Shown: piece after piece, positions 45,656 through 55,796 of the stretch | How the letters are laid out: every line of letters starts with the position of its first letter | How positions within the stretch are numbered: position 1 is the stretch's first letter | Source: Candidatus Hydrogenedentota bacterium | GTDB lineage: Bacteria; Hydrogenedentota; Hydrogenedentia; Hydrogenedentales; SLHB01 | Reading direction: 5' to 3' | Assembly: GCA_963674865.2 (NCBI GenBank) | Contig: CAXXYE010000004.1 | Coordinates: 1-64,000, forward strand | Length of the DNA: 64,000 nt | Notes under the pieces: generated by a model | What the model was told of the DNA's origin: nothing | The model's database searches: none | What the model saw: the letters and a program-made list of their open reading frames with translations, nothing else | Translations under genes and position numbers: made by a program

Positions 45656-47346
45656 GCCAGGACCTCCGCCGCCGTCATGCAATTCAGCAGGTTGCCTCTT
45701 TCAAGCCACCCTTTCCGGGCGATGCCCAGGCCGTAGCGCATATCGTCGATGGCCTCGGGATTGTGTGCGTCCGGCCCGATACAGAGTTTGACGCCTTTGT
45801 CCTTTGCCCGCTTGACGAATCGCCAGTCGAGGTCGAGGCGGTGGCAATTCGCGTTGATCTCGACGGCCACCCCGTTGCCCAGGCAGGCGTCGAACACGGC
45901 CTCCATATCAAGAGGATAACCCTCGCGCGCCAGCAGCAGGCGCCCCGTGGGATGGCCGAGGATGGCCGTGTGCGGATCCTCCACGGCCCTGATGATGCGG
46001 CGCGTGGCCTCGGTTTTCGTCATGTTGAGCTTGCTGTGTACCGACGCGATCACCAAGTCGAACCGCTTAAGTACTTTCTCCTCGTAGTCCAGCGACCCGT
46101 CCGGGCGAATATCCGACTCGATGCCCTTGAGGACGGCGAATCCCGTCACCTTCTTGTTGACCTCCGCCACCTCCGTGTGTTGTCTCGCCACGTCCTCCGG
46201 CGTGAGCCCCCCGGCGTAAGCTGCCGACTGGCTGTGATCGGCCAGGACGAGGTAGGCGTAGCCTTTCGCACGCGCGGCCTCGGCCATCTGCTGGATGGTA
46301 GCGGTGCCGTCGCTGTAGTTGGAATGGCAGTGGAAGACGCCGAGCAAGTCCTTGGCTTGGACTAGGTTAGGAAGGACCTCGGCCTCGATTTCGCCCATGT
46401 TTTCCCGCAGCTCCGGGGGGATGAAAGGCAGGTCCAGTACAGCGAAAATGGCTGCTTCATCTACGCATTTGATGTTCTTTTCGCCCCGAAAAAGGCCATA
46501 TTCGTTCATTTTCAGGCCGCGCTCCTTGGCGCGCTGACGCATGGCCACGTTGTGTTCCTTGCTTCCGGTGAAATGGTGAAGGGCATAGGGGAACTGGCTG
46601 TCCGACACGACGCGCAGGTCGGCGGCGATGCCGCTTGCCAACACGACGCTGGATTTTGTATCGCCGTGAGCGGTGACAGAATCCACATTGTCGGCGCTCA
46701 CGAATTGCGCCATGACATCGCCCGGCTTCTCGCTGGAAGCGAGGAGGTCGATGTCCTTCACGACTTCCTTCCTCCGCCGAAGACTCCCCGCGATCTCCAG
46801 GCGAATCACTGACTTGTCGTCCGCGATCCGGTCGCGGAGCCGCTCAGCCTCGGACAGGGCCGCGTCGAACAGATGGAGGTCGCGGTGTCTCTTGGCGAAG
46901 GCGATGCCCTCCAGAACCTTCTGCTGCATCTTCGGCCCGAATCCTTTGAGGGACACGAGGCGGTTCTCGGCGCAGGCGTACTCAAGTTCTCCCAAGGACT
47001 TGATGCCCAACTCATCATAGAGGGCCTTGATGCGTTTCACGCCAAGGCCCGGGATGCGCAGCAGGTCGAACAGCGTCTCGGGGAACCGGGCTCGGAGGTC
47101 CTGGTGGTACTTGAGGGCGCCGGTGGTCACTAATTCCGCGATCTTCTGTTCCAGGGCGTCGCCTACGCCCTTCACCTCGCGCAGCCTCCCCTCCCGGACG
47201 AGTGCCTGGACATCCTCCTCGTGTTGCTCCAGAGCACGAGCGACGTTTGTATACGACCGCGCTTTGAAGGGATTCTCGCCGGCCAACTCCAGAAGCGTCG
47301 CGATTTCTTCGAGAACGGCCGCGACTTCTTTCTTGTTCAAAGGCAT
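45643..47346 (-). CDS. polX: DNA polymerase X / PHP 3'-5' exonuclease
   Basis: GENPFKARSY, GSLRRRKEVVKDID, DLRVV, HFTGSKEHN, NEYGLF, PPELRE; PHP motifs HCHSNYSDG, DHS, GHPTGR, DAH. Confidence 0.95.
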   Translation of the reverse strand: MPLNKKEVAAVLEEIATLLELAGENPFKARSYTNVARALEQHEEDVQALVREGRLREVKGVGDALEQKIAELVTTGALKYHQDLRARFPETLFDLLRIPGLGVKRIKALYDELGIKSLGELEYACAENRLVSLKGFGPKMQQKVLEGIAFAKRHRDLHLFDAALSEAERLRDRIADDKSVIRLEIAGSLRRRKEVVKDIDLLASSEKPGDVMAQFVSADNVDSVTAHGDTKSSVVLASGIAADLRVVSDSQFPYALHHFTGSKEHNVAMRQRAKERGLKMNEYGLFRGEKNIKCVDEAAIFAVLDLPFIPPELRENMGEIEAEVLPNLVQAKDLLGVFHCHSNYSDGTATIQQMAEAARAKGYAYLVLADHSQSAAYAGGLTPEDVARQHTEVAEVNKKVTGFAVLKGIESDIRPDGSLDYEEKVLKRFDLVIASVHSKLNMTKTEATRRIIRAVEDPHTAILGHPTGRLLLAREGYPLDMEAVFDACLGNGVAVEINANCHRLDLDWRFVKRAKDKGVKLCIGPDAHNPEAIDDMRYGLGIARKGWLERGNLLNCMTAAEVLAWRS

Positions 47347-47454
47347 TCAGGAAACTCCCTTAGGCGATTATCAGCAGGCGCAGTGCCGGATTGCAAGAGT
47401 AGGCGTGCGGCGATGCGCAAAGGGAGCGGCCCGGAAATGACGCGCTTCTGGGAC

Positions 47455-47483
47455 TTGACAAAAGTAGATTATGGGTGTATAGT
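47455..47483 (+). promoter_or_regulatory. Near-consensus sigma70 promoter
   Basis: TTGACA (47455-60) - 17 bp - TATAGT (47478-83), in an AT-rich patch. Confidence 0.75.
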
Positions 47484-47721
47484 TAAGACAGCAACAGTTG
47501 AACGTTGAGCATGTGCCGCGCGAATGGTTGTCCCGGGAGACATCCGTTCTGCCTTGCGGAACTCCGGCGTTATCTTGCTGTTACTCATTGTGTTGTGCGC
47601 CAGGTGGCGACGCCGGAGAACTTGTAGGCCGAGCGTGCCTGAATCCGTGCTATGGTAGATGCGAGGCGGCAACGTCTTGCACGGGGAACAACCGGCCCCG
47701 CAGGGGCCTCCGGAGCAGGGG

Positions 47722-50061
47722 ATGGATGAGATGTTCGGAATTGCGCTGGTTCTTGGACTTGTGGGCCTCATAGTGGGAGGTTCCATCTGCGGCATCGTGG
47801 CGGTGATAAACCTCTCCAGGCTCGGGAAGCGCTTAACACTCCTTGAGTCGAAGTTCATGCGCCTCAAGATCGCGTCACGCGAGAGAGCGCCGGCTCCCAC
47901 GCCGCCCTCTTCGCTGAGGCCGGTGGCTGGCGCCCCGCCGCCCGCGCCCGTTGCGGCGAAAGCAGCGCCACCGGCTGAGGTGGCCGCTCCGTCCGAGCCG
48001 CCCGGGCCGCCGCCTGAAGCGCCCCCCGCAGCGCCTGTCGCCAAAGAGGCCGAGATGTCTCCGGCAGCTCCTCGGAGCGTGCCGCCCGTGTCGCCGCAGC
48101 CGAAAGGGATTTCCCTTGAACTGATGTTGGGCGGGAAATGGCTGCTATGGGTGGGCATGCTGCTCTCGTTGATCGGCGTCGGCCTGTTCCTGAAGTATGC
48201 CTACGACAATGCCTGGATCGGCCCGGCCGGGCGTTTGGCGATTGGTACGGTGGCCGGCATCGTGGCGCTTGGTTTCGGTGAGCGCTTCCGCAGGAAAGAC
48301 TGGGCCGTCCTGTTTCAGACGCTGACGGGGGGCGGCATCGCCATCTTCTACATCTGCATCTTCTTCTCCTTCCAGGTCTATCACCTGTCAGGCCAAGAGC
48401 TTTCGATGATACTTGCGACACTCGTAACGGTGCTTGCGGTCGTAATGGCAGTGGCGAACAACGCCGTGTCCATAGCGATTCTGGCGATGATCGGCGGCTT
48501 CCTGAGTCCGGTGCTGCTTTCGACGGGCCAGAATCATCCCTATGCGCTGTTCACGTACATCATTATCCTGGACTTCGTGGCAATAGGAGCGGCCTATTTC
48601 CGGCGCTGGCGCGCCCTCGATCTGCTCAGTTTCGTCGGCACGGCCCTCATTTACCAGGCCTGGTATACCAAGTTCTACGGCGCTCCCGATGAGCCCAGTC
48701 AATTGCTTCCCGCGCTGCTTTACACCTCGTTGTTCTACCTGATCTTCTTGCTAGTCCCGAGTATGCACAGCCTCGTCCGCGGATTGGCGGGCACGGTGGA
48801 AGGCGTTGTCCTGGTGGTGGCGAACGCCGTATTCTCGTTTTACTACTACTACAACGTGCTGTTCGACGACTACCGGCATGCCTTGGGATTCGTAGTGCTT
48901 GGCCAGGCGGCACTCGTGTTCCTGCTCTTCCAGGTGTGGCTGAAGCGCGTCGGGAAGCAGGAGCAGATGGGGGAGAGTCTGCTCGTTATCGCCCTGGCCC
49001 TCGTTACTATCGCCATTCCCATCCAGTTGAAGCTCTATGCCGTTCCCATTGCCTGGGCGCTCGAGGGAGTCCTATTCGTCTACCTTGGCATCCGGTTCCG
49101 GCGCGCTCTGGTGAAGGCGGGCGGCGTAGTCGCGCTCTTCCTCGCCGCCTGGGGCCTGCTCGAACGCCTTCCCCTGCATCGCCTGCCCTTCACAGCGGTG
49201 TTCAATGTTCCTTTCGGGTCGTGGGTGGTCGTGATCGCCGCGGCGGCGGGCGGGGCGTACCTGTTCCATCGGCTCGATACGGAGGATTACGCCAAGGCGC
49301 TTGCCACCGTCGTGTTCCTCCTGGCATTTGTTATGGCGTGCATCGTTGTTACGTTCGAAGTGTCCAGTTTCTGGTCGATTCTCAGGCCGGCGAAGGACTA
49401 CCGCATCCATATGTGGAGTTCTCTGGCCGTGCTGTGGGCAGTGATTGCGGCAGGGACGGCGGGTGTCCTGGATCGCAACAAGTTCCACCGTTGGAACGAA
49501 CTGGCCCTCGCGTGCTACGGCGTCAGTGTGCTTGTGTTCTTCGGGGGACTCGTGCAGGGAAGACACTTCGAACTTGGGAGCAAGGTACTTATCTTCAACG
49601 CGTTCTTCCCTGCCCGCTTGGCCGTTATTGTCGCCTTGTGGTGGGGCGGGATGTTGATTCGCCGAAGCAGGCCGCCGCACGCAGGCAATGTTCTCACCGT
49701 GATCGGACACGGGCTGCTCACGATCCTGTTGGCGGTGGAAATGATCAGGTGGGCCGACAACACAAACCTGATCTCGAGCCGCATGGCCGTCGGCGTGATC
49801 TCCGCGCTCTGGGCGCTTCAGGCGTTTGTGCTCGTCTGGCTGGGCCTTTTCAGGCGCAACCAGGCCCGGCGCGTGCTGGGCTTTGCCCTGTTCGGGCTGA
49901 CGGTGGCGAAGGTGTGCTTCTACGACCTGAGCACGCTCGAGCGTGTGTACCAGATTGTGTCCTTCCTGGGAAGCGGCCTGTTGCTGGTCGGCGCGGGCTA
50001 TTTCTATCAACGCTACAGCCCGATGCTCTTGGAGCATATCGATAAGGAGGAACAGGCATGA
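47722..50061 (+). CDS. DUF2339-like polytopic membrane protein
   Basis: N-terminal TM, Pro/Ala linker, LE..LGGKWL..VG, FLKYAYDNAWIGPAGR, GGFLSPVLLSTG, C-terminal K..FYDLSTL...YQIVSF. Confidence 0.8.
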   Translation: MDEMFGIALVLGLVGLIVGGSICGIVAVINLSRLGKRLTLLESKFMRLKIASRERAPAPTPPSSLRPVAGAPPPAPVAAKAAPPAEVAAPSEPPGPPPEAPPAAPVAKEAEMSPAAPRSVPPVSPQPKGISLELMLGGKWLLWVGMLLSLIGVGLFLKYAYDNAWIGPAGRLAIGTVAGIVALGFGERFRRKDWAVLFQTLTGGGIAIFYICIFFSFQVYHLSGQELSMILATLVTVLAVVMAVANNAVSIAILAMIGGFLSPVLLSTGQNHPYALFTYIIILDFVAIGAAYFRRWRALDLLSFVGTALIYQAWYTKFYGAPDEPSQLLPALLYTSLFYLIFLLVPSMHSLVRGLAGTVEGVVLVVANAVFSFYYYYNVLFDDYRHALGFVVLGQAALVFLLFQVWLKRVGKQEQMGESLLVIALALVTIAIPIQLKLYAVPIAWALEGVLFVYLGIRFRRALVKAGGVVALFLAAWGLLERLPLHRLPFTAVFNVPFGSWVVVIAAAAGGAYLFHRLDTEDYAKALATVVFLLAFVMACIVVTFEVSSFWSILRPAKDYRIHMWSSLAVLWAVIAAGTAGVLDRNKFHRWNELALACYGVSVLVFFGGLVQGRHFELGSKVLIFNAFFPARLAVIVALWWGGMLIRRSRPPHAGNVLTVIGHGLLTILLAVEMIRWADNTNLISSRMAVGVISALWALQAFVLVWLGLFRRNQARRVLGFALFGLTVAKVCFYDLSTLERVYQIVSFLGSGLLLVGAGYFYQRYSPMLLEHIDKEEQA

Positions 50062-51395
50062 AGCGCATGCTGCTAGCCGCGATGCTTGTGGCGGCTTCGT
50101 CGCAGGCCGGCGCGGCCTTCGACCTGGAGGATTGGACATGGGAGGCGGCCATCGATGCCGATGCGGCGCCCGGCTTTGCGCGCCTCGTGATTGGGCCTGA
50201 GATCCTCGACAAGAGCCGGCCCGACCTTCACGACGTGAGGCTCCTGGACGACCGCGGCGAGCTTGCGCCCTATGTATTGCACTGGGGGCGTGAGCGCGGG
50301 CATGTCGAAGAGGTGTGGAGGTCGGCCCGTTACTTGAACCGTACCTATCAACCGAGCGAGTACATGCGCGTAACCGCCGATTTCGGCGAGGCCGTCGAGA
50401 AGAACCGCCTGAAGGTGCAGTGCTCCGGTGCGAATTTCCGCCGCCGTGTCCTGCTCGAGGGCAGCGAAGACGGCAGGGAGTGGGCCATTGTTCTCGAAGA
50501 TGCGTGGCTTTTCGACGTTAGCCTGGAAGGCAGGCAATTCCGTGTTGATACTATCGAATTCCCATCCAACAACTTTCGTTTTCTCCGGCTTACGGTGTTC
50601 AACATGGAGGACGACCCACGCCGCATTGAGATCGGCTCTGTCCAAGCGGCCCTTCGCCACGTGCTCGCGGAGGCGGAGCTTGTCGAGGCGCCGGTGCAGG
50701 GCGCGGCGTCCCGGCGCGATAAGGAGCTCAAGAAGAGCGTCTATGAGTTCGATCTTGGATACAGAAATCTGCCCGTCGCCGCCCTTGAATTGGCCGTTGA
50801 GGAGCCTTACTTCTATCGCGCCTACGAAATCCGCGGCCGCAATGCCGCCATGGAGCAGGTGAAGCGTCGGACAGAGACGGGCTGGGATGAAGTCGAGCAG
50901 GAGGCGCCTTGGACAACTGTCCGGTGCGGCGTGTTCTACCGGATTCAGGGCGGGACGAAGGTGTCGGAGTCGTTGCGTATAGATGGCTTGGACGTGCGCT
51001 ATCGCTTCCTGCAACTCACACTTTCCGATGAGGATAACCCGCCTCTCACCGTGGACTTAGAACGCGTCAAGGTGTTGCGTCGAGAGGTTAGCCTGGTGTT
51101 CGACGTGAAGCCTGGAGGGCGATACAGGCTTGTCACAGGTAATCCGTTAGCCTCGGCGCCACGGTTCGACCTGGCCAGGTCGGTGACGCAGGTGGATGAT
51201 TCCGGCCAGCCCATGTTGACGCCCGGGCCGCTTACGCCTCTCGATACCGAGCCTGAGACGCCGCCGTGGAGCGAGAGCCATCAAGTGTTTATGTGGCTGG
51301 CGCTTGCGGCAGGCGTAGGGGTAATGTTGGTGTTGATCCTATTCAACTTGGGGAAACTCAAGGACGTGGATGGGGCATCCAACCACCCGGACTAG
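50058..51395 (+). CDS. DUF3999-like exported protein with C-terminal membrane anchor
   Basis: Signal peptide; DLHDVRLLD..G..APY; GNP.ASAPRFDL; C-terminal TM; ATGA overlap with the DUF2339 gene. Confidence 0.7.
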   Translation: MKRMLLAAMLVAASSQAGAAFDLEDWTWEAAIDADAAPGFARLVIGPEILDKSRPDLHDVRLLDDRGELAPYVLHWGRERGHVEEVWRSARYLNRTYQPSEYMRVTADFGEAVEKNRLKVQCSGANFRRRVLLEGSEDGREWAIVLEDAWLFDVSLEGRQFRVDTIEFPSNNFRFLRLTVFNMEDDPRRIEIGSVQAALRHVLAEAELVEAPVQGAASRRDKELKKSVYEFDLGYRNLPVAALELAVEEPYFYRAYEIRGRNAAMEQVKRRTETGWDEVEQEAPWTTVRCGVFYRIQGGTKVSESLRIDGLDVRYRFLQLTLSDEDNPPLTVDLERVKVLRREVSLVFDVKPGGRYRLVTGNPLASAPRFDLARSVTQVDDSGQPMLTPGPLTPLDTEPETPPWSESHQVFMWLALAAGVGVMLVLILFNLGKLKDVDGASNHPD

Positions 51396-51870
51396 GGAGC
51401 CGGCCAGAAAGCCACCGGATGATGAGAGACGAGAGTTCTGGACGCTGAGACAAACTGACTTACAAGAGCTTCCTGTCCGCATCCCACCAGGAACCGCACC
51501 TTCACGCCGGACTCCTGAGCGCACTGGCGCGCACAGTCGAAGCAGAGGAGTGTCCGATTTCCGTGCTGCGTCTGGAAGTCCGCAGTGGTATTCACTCCGC
51601 CGGGCGTTCGCAATCTCGGAAATGAGCGTGATATGATGCGTTGTTCTCGTTGGAGTGAACATAAACTCTTGCTCAAACGGGGCTTGTATCCCTGATGTCG
51701 GGGCGGCCAATTGAGTTGCGCCCTGAGCCTTTGGCGGTGAGAGCTTTCGCGATATAGGCAGACTCACCCACTCGGTGAGCCGTTTTCGGCAGTGAAGTTG
51801 TATCCAAGCGCCGAATGTGCGGCAGCGTCGAGTTGCCCGGCGATTGGGATGTCCTCTTGTGGAGGCCGAT

Positions 51871-53304
51871 ATGCAGAAGAAGAACAGCAAGTCCGAATTC
51901 CTGATCCTGCTGTCGTTTCTTGTCGTTGCGACGCTGGTGCTCACCAACGGCTTCGCGGGGCGGATCTTGGCGCAGGAAGAGGATACTTTCAGAAAGATCG
52001 AGCCTATTGCCGACGTCCTGGACAAGATCCTCAAGAATCATGTCTACGAGCCTGACACCGACAAGGTAGTCGAGGGAGCGCTCGAAGGTATGATGAGGAA
52101 GCTGGATCCGAACAGCGAGTATGTTTCGCCTGAACGCTTCGAGCAGCTTACCGAAGACACGCAGGGCCAGTTCGACGGCATCGGCGTATCCATCAAGCCG
52201 GATGATGACGGCCGGATCATCGTCTTCCAGCCCATCGCCGGGTCGCCCGCGGCGAAAGCCGGCTTGCTCGCGGGGGACTGCATTGTTGCCATTGACAATG
52301 CGCCCACGGAGGGCATGGACGTCACGCAGGCCGCGGAGAAGATCCGGGGTCGACGCGGCACCGTCGTGCACCTGACGATCGAGCGAACGCTCAACGGCGA
52401 AGCCGAGATTCTCGAGTTCGACGTGAAGCGCGACAAGATCGCCCTTGAGAGTATTTCGGAGGCCCGGGTTCTTCCGCAGGGGATTGGCTACATCCGTATC
52501 CACGATTTCAAGAAGAATACCGCCGATGACCTGGCGAACGAGATCAAAGAACTGCGCGATGAGGGTATGCGGTCGCTCGTACTCGACCTTCGTTGGAATC
52601 CCGGCGGGCTCCTCAACGCGGCAAAGGATGTCTCCGAACTCTTTCTGCCTCGCAACACCCTCGTGACATATACAAAGGGCCGTGAAACGGATGAAGTGCC
52701 GGCGGACAAGATGGAGTTCTATACAGAACGCGCGCCCATCCTCCCCGAGAACTTCCCCATGGTGGTCCTGGTAAACGAATTGTCCGCAAGCGCATCCGAG
52801 ATCGTGACGGGCGCACTTCAGTTTTACTCAAGGGCCATCGTCGTGGGCACCAAGACCTACGGCAAAGGGAGCGTACAGACCCTGATCGCATTACAGCGTC
52901 CGCCGGGCAGCGCGCTTCGGCTTACCACCGCGTTGTACTACACGCCGGCCCGCGTCACCATCGACCGCATGGGCATCAAGCCCGACGTCGAGGCGCCGAT
53001 GGAGAGGAAGGAATGGGCCGCCCTTTGGACGCAGATGTACAGCTACTATGAAGGGGAGGACCCCTCGCTCAAGAACCAGCAGAACCACGGGGCCGTCACC
53101 GGCAACGAAGTCACGGAAGACACCGTTGAAGATGTCCAACTGAAGCGGGCCGTCGAGATCCTTCTTGAGGATCCTGTGTTCGACAACTTGATCGCGAAAT
53201 ACCACAAGGACCCGCACGAGACTCAGGTTGCTGCCGCGGAGAATGGCGGGCCCGCGCCTGACGAGACGGCGCAGGAAGATACCTATGAAGTTGAGGCCGA
53301 GTGA
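51871..53304 (+). CDS. ctpA: S41 family C-terminal processing peptidase (PDZ)
   Basis: LDPNSEY, GIGV, GSPAAKAGL, LDLRWNPGGLL, SASASEI (Ser), TYGKGSVQ (Lys), YYTP; GGAGG RBS. Confidence 0.93.
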   Translation: MQKKNSKSEFLILLSFLVVATLVLTNGFAGRILAQEEDTFRKIEPIADVLDKILKNHVYEPDTDKVVEGALEGMMRKLDPNSEYVSPERFEQLTEDTQGQFDGIGVSIKPDDDGRIIVFQPIAGSPAAKAGLLAGDCIVAIDNAPTEGMDVTQAAEKIRGRRGTVVHLTIERTLNGEAEILEFDVKRDKIALESISEARVLPQGIGYIRIHDFKKNTADDLANEIKELRDEGMRSLVLDLRWNPGGLLNAAKDVSELFLPRNTLVTYTKGRETDEVPADKMEFYTERAPILPENFPMVVLVNELSASASEIVTGALQFYSRAIVVGTKTYGKGSVQTLIALQRPPGSALRLTTALYYTPARVTIDRMGIKPDVEAPMERKEWAALWTQMYSYYEGEDPSLKNQQNHGAVTGNEVTEDTVEDVQLKRAVEILLEDPVFDNLIAKYHKDPHETQVAAAENGGPAPDETAQEDTYEVEAE

Positions 53305-53345
53305 ACGCCACGAGCGGACACCTTTCGCGCAGGGCAATGTGAGTT

Positions 53346-54077
53346 ATGGCTGAAGAGCAGATGTCAGAGCGGCCGGGCGGGCGAGCCGATGATGCTATGC
53401 GCCCCGTCGCTATCCAGCGGGGGTACACCCGGTTTGCCGAAGGCGCCGTCCTGATCGCTTTCGGCGATACACGCGTCCTCTGCACGGCGACTATCGAGAA
53501 TCGCGTTCCCGGGTTTCTCAAAGATACCGGCATGGGGTGGGTTACCGCCGAGTACGCCATGCTGCCCCGTTCGGCGCAGGAGCGTATCCCGCGGGAGGCC
53601 GTGAAGAGCGGCCGCGCCAAGGAGATCAGCCGGCTTATCGGGCGTTCGCTCCGATCTGTCGTAGATCTCCACGCTTTGGGGGAGCGGCAGATCATCATCG
53701 ATTGCGATGTCATCCAAGCCGACGGCGGCACGCGTACGGCGGCCATCACGGGCGGCTATGTGGCGCTCCACGATGCGGTGGACGCCTTATTGGGCGATGG
53801 GAAACTCGAGCAGTCGCCCTTGGTTGGCCAGTGCGCGGCCGTGAGCGTGGGAGTCGTCAACGGCACACCACGATTGGACCTCTGCTACGAGGAGGATTAC
53901 GCGGCCGAGGTCGATATGAACGTCGTCATGCGCAGCGATGGCAACCTGATCGAAGTCCAGGGCTGTGCGGAGAAAAAGCCCTTCTCGCGCGCGGTCATGG
54001 AGCGGATGCTCGACCTCGCCGAGTTGGGCATCAAGGACCTTTTCGATGTGCAAGCCGGGGCGCTGGGCCGTGCCTGA
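53346..54077 (+). CDS. rph: Ribonuclease PH
   Basis: [52 protein letters not shown]. Confidence 0.96.
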   Translation: MAEEQMSERPGGRADDAMRPVAIQRGYTRFAEGAVLIAFGDTRVLCTATIENRVPGFLKDTGMGWVTAEYAMLPRSAQERIPREAVKSGRAKEISRLIGRSLRSVVDLHALGERQIIIDCDVIQADGGTRTAAITGGYVALHDAVDALLGDGKLEQSPLVGQCAAVSVGVVNGTPRLDLCYEEDYAAEVDMNVVMRSDGNLIEVQGCAEKKPFSRAVMERMLDLAELGIKDLFDVQAGALGRA

Positions 54078-54666
54078 GTCCCTGCTCCTCGGCACGGGCA
54101 ACCGTGACAAGGCGGCCGAAGTGGCCGAGTGGCTGAAGGGTTTGCCCTGGGTGGTCAAGAGTCTGGCCGATTTTCCTACTGCGCCTGAGCCCGTCGAGGA
54201 CGGCGACACCTTTGAAGCCAACGCGCTCAAGAAGGCCCTTTACTACGCCGAGCGCTTCAACGTGCTCTGCGTGGCGGACGATTCGGGACTTGTCGTCGAC
54301 GCCTTGGATGGAGCGCCCGGCGTCTACTCGGCTCGCTACGCCGGGGAGGCGTGCTCCTACGCGGACAACAATGCCAAGTTGCTCCGTGCCCTCGAAGGCA
54401 CGGCGGAATCGCAGCGGACGGCGCGGTTCATGTGTTGTGCCGCGATTGCGCCGCCGGGGCAGGAGCCGCACGTTGAGCTGGGCACGATCGAAGGCCGGAT
54501 CGGTCTTTCTTGCCGGGGAGCGAACGGATTCGGCTACGATCCCCTCTTCATTCCTGAAGGTTCTGATAGGACCTTTGCGGAGATGTCCCGCGCCGAAAAA
54601 CAGGCGATCAGCCACCGTGGGCGCGCGTTTCTTAAGGTGCGCGCCTATCTGCAAACGCTGCGATGA
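54070..54666 (+). CDS. rdgB: Non-canonical purine NTP pyrophosphatase (RdgB/HAM1)
   Basis: [60 protein letters not shown] start overlaps the rph end. Confidence 0.94.
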   Translation: MPESLLLGTGNRDKAAEVAEWLKGLPWVVKSLADFPTAPEPVEDGDTFEANALKKALYYAERFNVLCVADDSGLVVDALDGAPGVYSARYAGEACSYADNNAKLLRALEGTAESQRTARFMCCAAIAPPGQEPHVELGTIEGRIGLSCRGANGFGYDPLFIPEGSDRTFAEMSRAEKQAISHRGRAFLKVRAYLQTLR

Positions 54667-55280
54667 CGCCCTTGTCTCCCAGTCGCGAAGGCTTGGCCAT
54701 TGCCGCCGCATGTATCCGTTCCGGCGGCATTGTTGCGTATCCCACTGAGACGGTGTACGGACTTGCCGTTGATCCCTTTTCGGAGGAGGCCGTTGCCGCC
54801 CTTTTCGAAGCGAAGGGGCGCGCGCCGGAACAGCCCGTGCTGCTTGTTATCGCCGACCTCGACCAACTCGGCCGGGTGGCTGGAGCCGTCTCCGAACGGG
54901 CATCCGCCTATGCGGAGGCGTTCTGGCCCGGGCCGCTATCCCTGGTGCTGCCGAGGGCGGATGCTTTGCCCAAGGCCGTTACGGCGGGACGCTCGGATGT
55001 CTGCGTCCGGTGCCCGTCTTCGGATGTGACGCGGGCCTTGTGCCGGGCCGCGGGGATGCCGCTGACCTCGACCTCCGCCAATCGCTCCGGTGAGTCGCCC
55101 GCGCGTTCTCTGTCCGAGATCGATTTGCCCGGCGTGGCGTTCGGCGTTGACGGCGGCCGGCTTGAAGACAGTCCTCCTTCAACCGTGCTTGAGCCGGAAC
55201 GGGGCGCGGTGTTGCGGGAGGGCGCCGTGAGCGCGGCGGCGTTGGAAGCCTTCGCGCGCCGGGCCGGCTACTTGTGCTAG
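54663..55280 (+). CDS. tsaC: L-threonylcarbamoyladenylate synthase (YrdC domain only)
   Basis: YPTETVYGL, KGR, FWPGPLS, TSTSANRSG, PSTV, LREG. Confidence 0.92.
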   Translation: MTPLSPSREGLAIAAACIRSGGIVAYPTETVYGLAVDPFSEEAVAALFEAKGRAPEQPVLLVIADLDQLGRVAGAVSERASAYAEAFWPGPLSLVLPRADALPKAVTAGRSDVCVRCPSSDVTRALCRAAGMPLTSTSANRSGESPARSLSEIDLPGVAFGVDGGRLEDSPPSTVLEPERGAVLREGAVSAAALEAFARRAGYLC

Positions 55281-55345
55281 GATGGCATGAAAACGCCCCG
55301 TCCCTGTCCCGTGAATCGGGACGTATTCAGCAAGGAGTCGCATAA

Positions 55346-55789
55346 ATGAAGATTGCCGTTGGCAGCGATCACGCCGGTTACGAAGAGCCTCCGCCCTATT
55401 ACAAGCCCGCAATCATGGAGCATCTGACAGCGTGCGGACACGAGGTCGTTGACTGCGGAACGTCGGGCCCCGAGTCCGTCGATTATCCGGACTACGCCCA
55501 GCGCGTGGCCGACGCCATTCTCCAGGGGGAGGCGGAGCGCGGCGTACTCATTTGCGGCACGGGCATAGGCGTCGGCATTGCCGCGAACAGGAATAAGGGC
55601 ATACGCGCCGCTGTCTGCGCCACGCCGGAGATGGCGCGCCTCGGGCGGGATCACAACAACGCAAACGTAATCTGCCTGGGCAGGCGAATCCTCTCGCTGG
55701 AGCAGTGCATCGAGTTGGTAGACATCTGGCTCGAAGCGCCTTTTAGCGAAGGCGAGCGGCACAAACGGCGTGTAGCGAAGATGGGTTGA
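55346..55789 (+). CDS. rpiB: Ribose-5-phosphate isomerase B
   Basis: GSDHAG, VDYPD, ICGTGIG..IAANR.KGIRAA, HNNANV.CLG.R, RH.RRV.K. Confidence 0.95.
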   Translation: MKIAVGSDHAGYEEPPPYYKPAIMEHLTACGHEVVDCGTSGPESVDYPDYAQRVADAILQGEAERGVLICGTGIGVGIAANRNKGIRAAVCATPEMARLGRDHNNANVICLGRRILSLEQCIELVDIWLEAPFSEGERHKRRVAKMG

Positions 55790-55796
55790 GGTGTCC

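Noticed and set aside
51755..51800. c-di-GMP-I riboswitch-like GGCAGAC-stem upstream of ctpA
   Set aside because: Lacks the GNRA tetraloop, the CGCAAAGC junction and the receptor stem.
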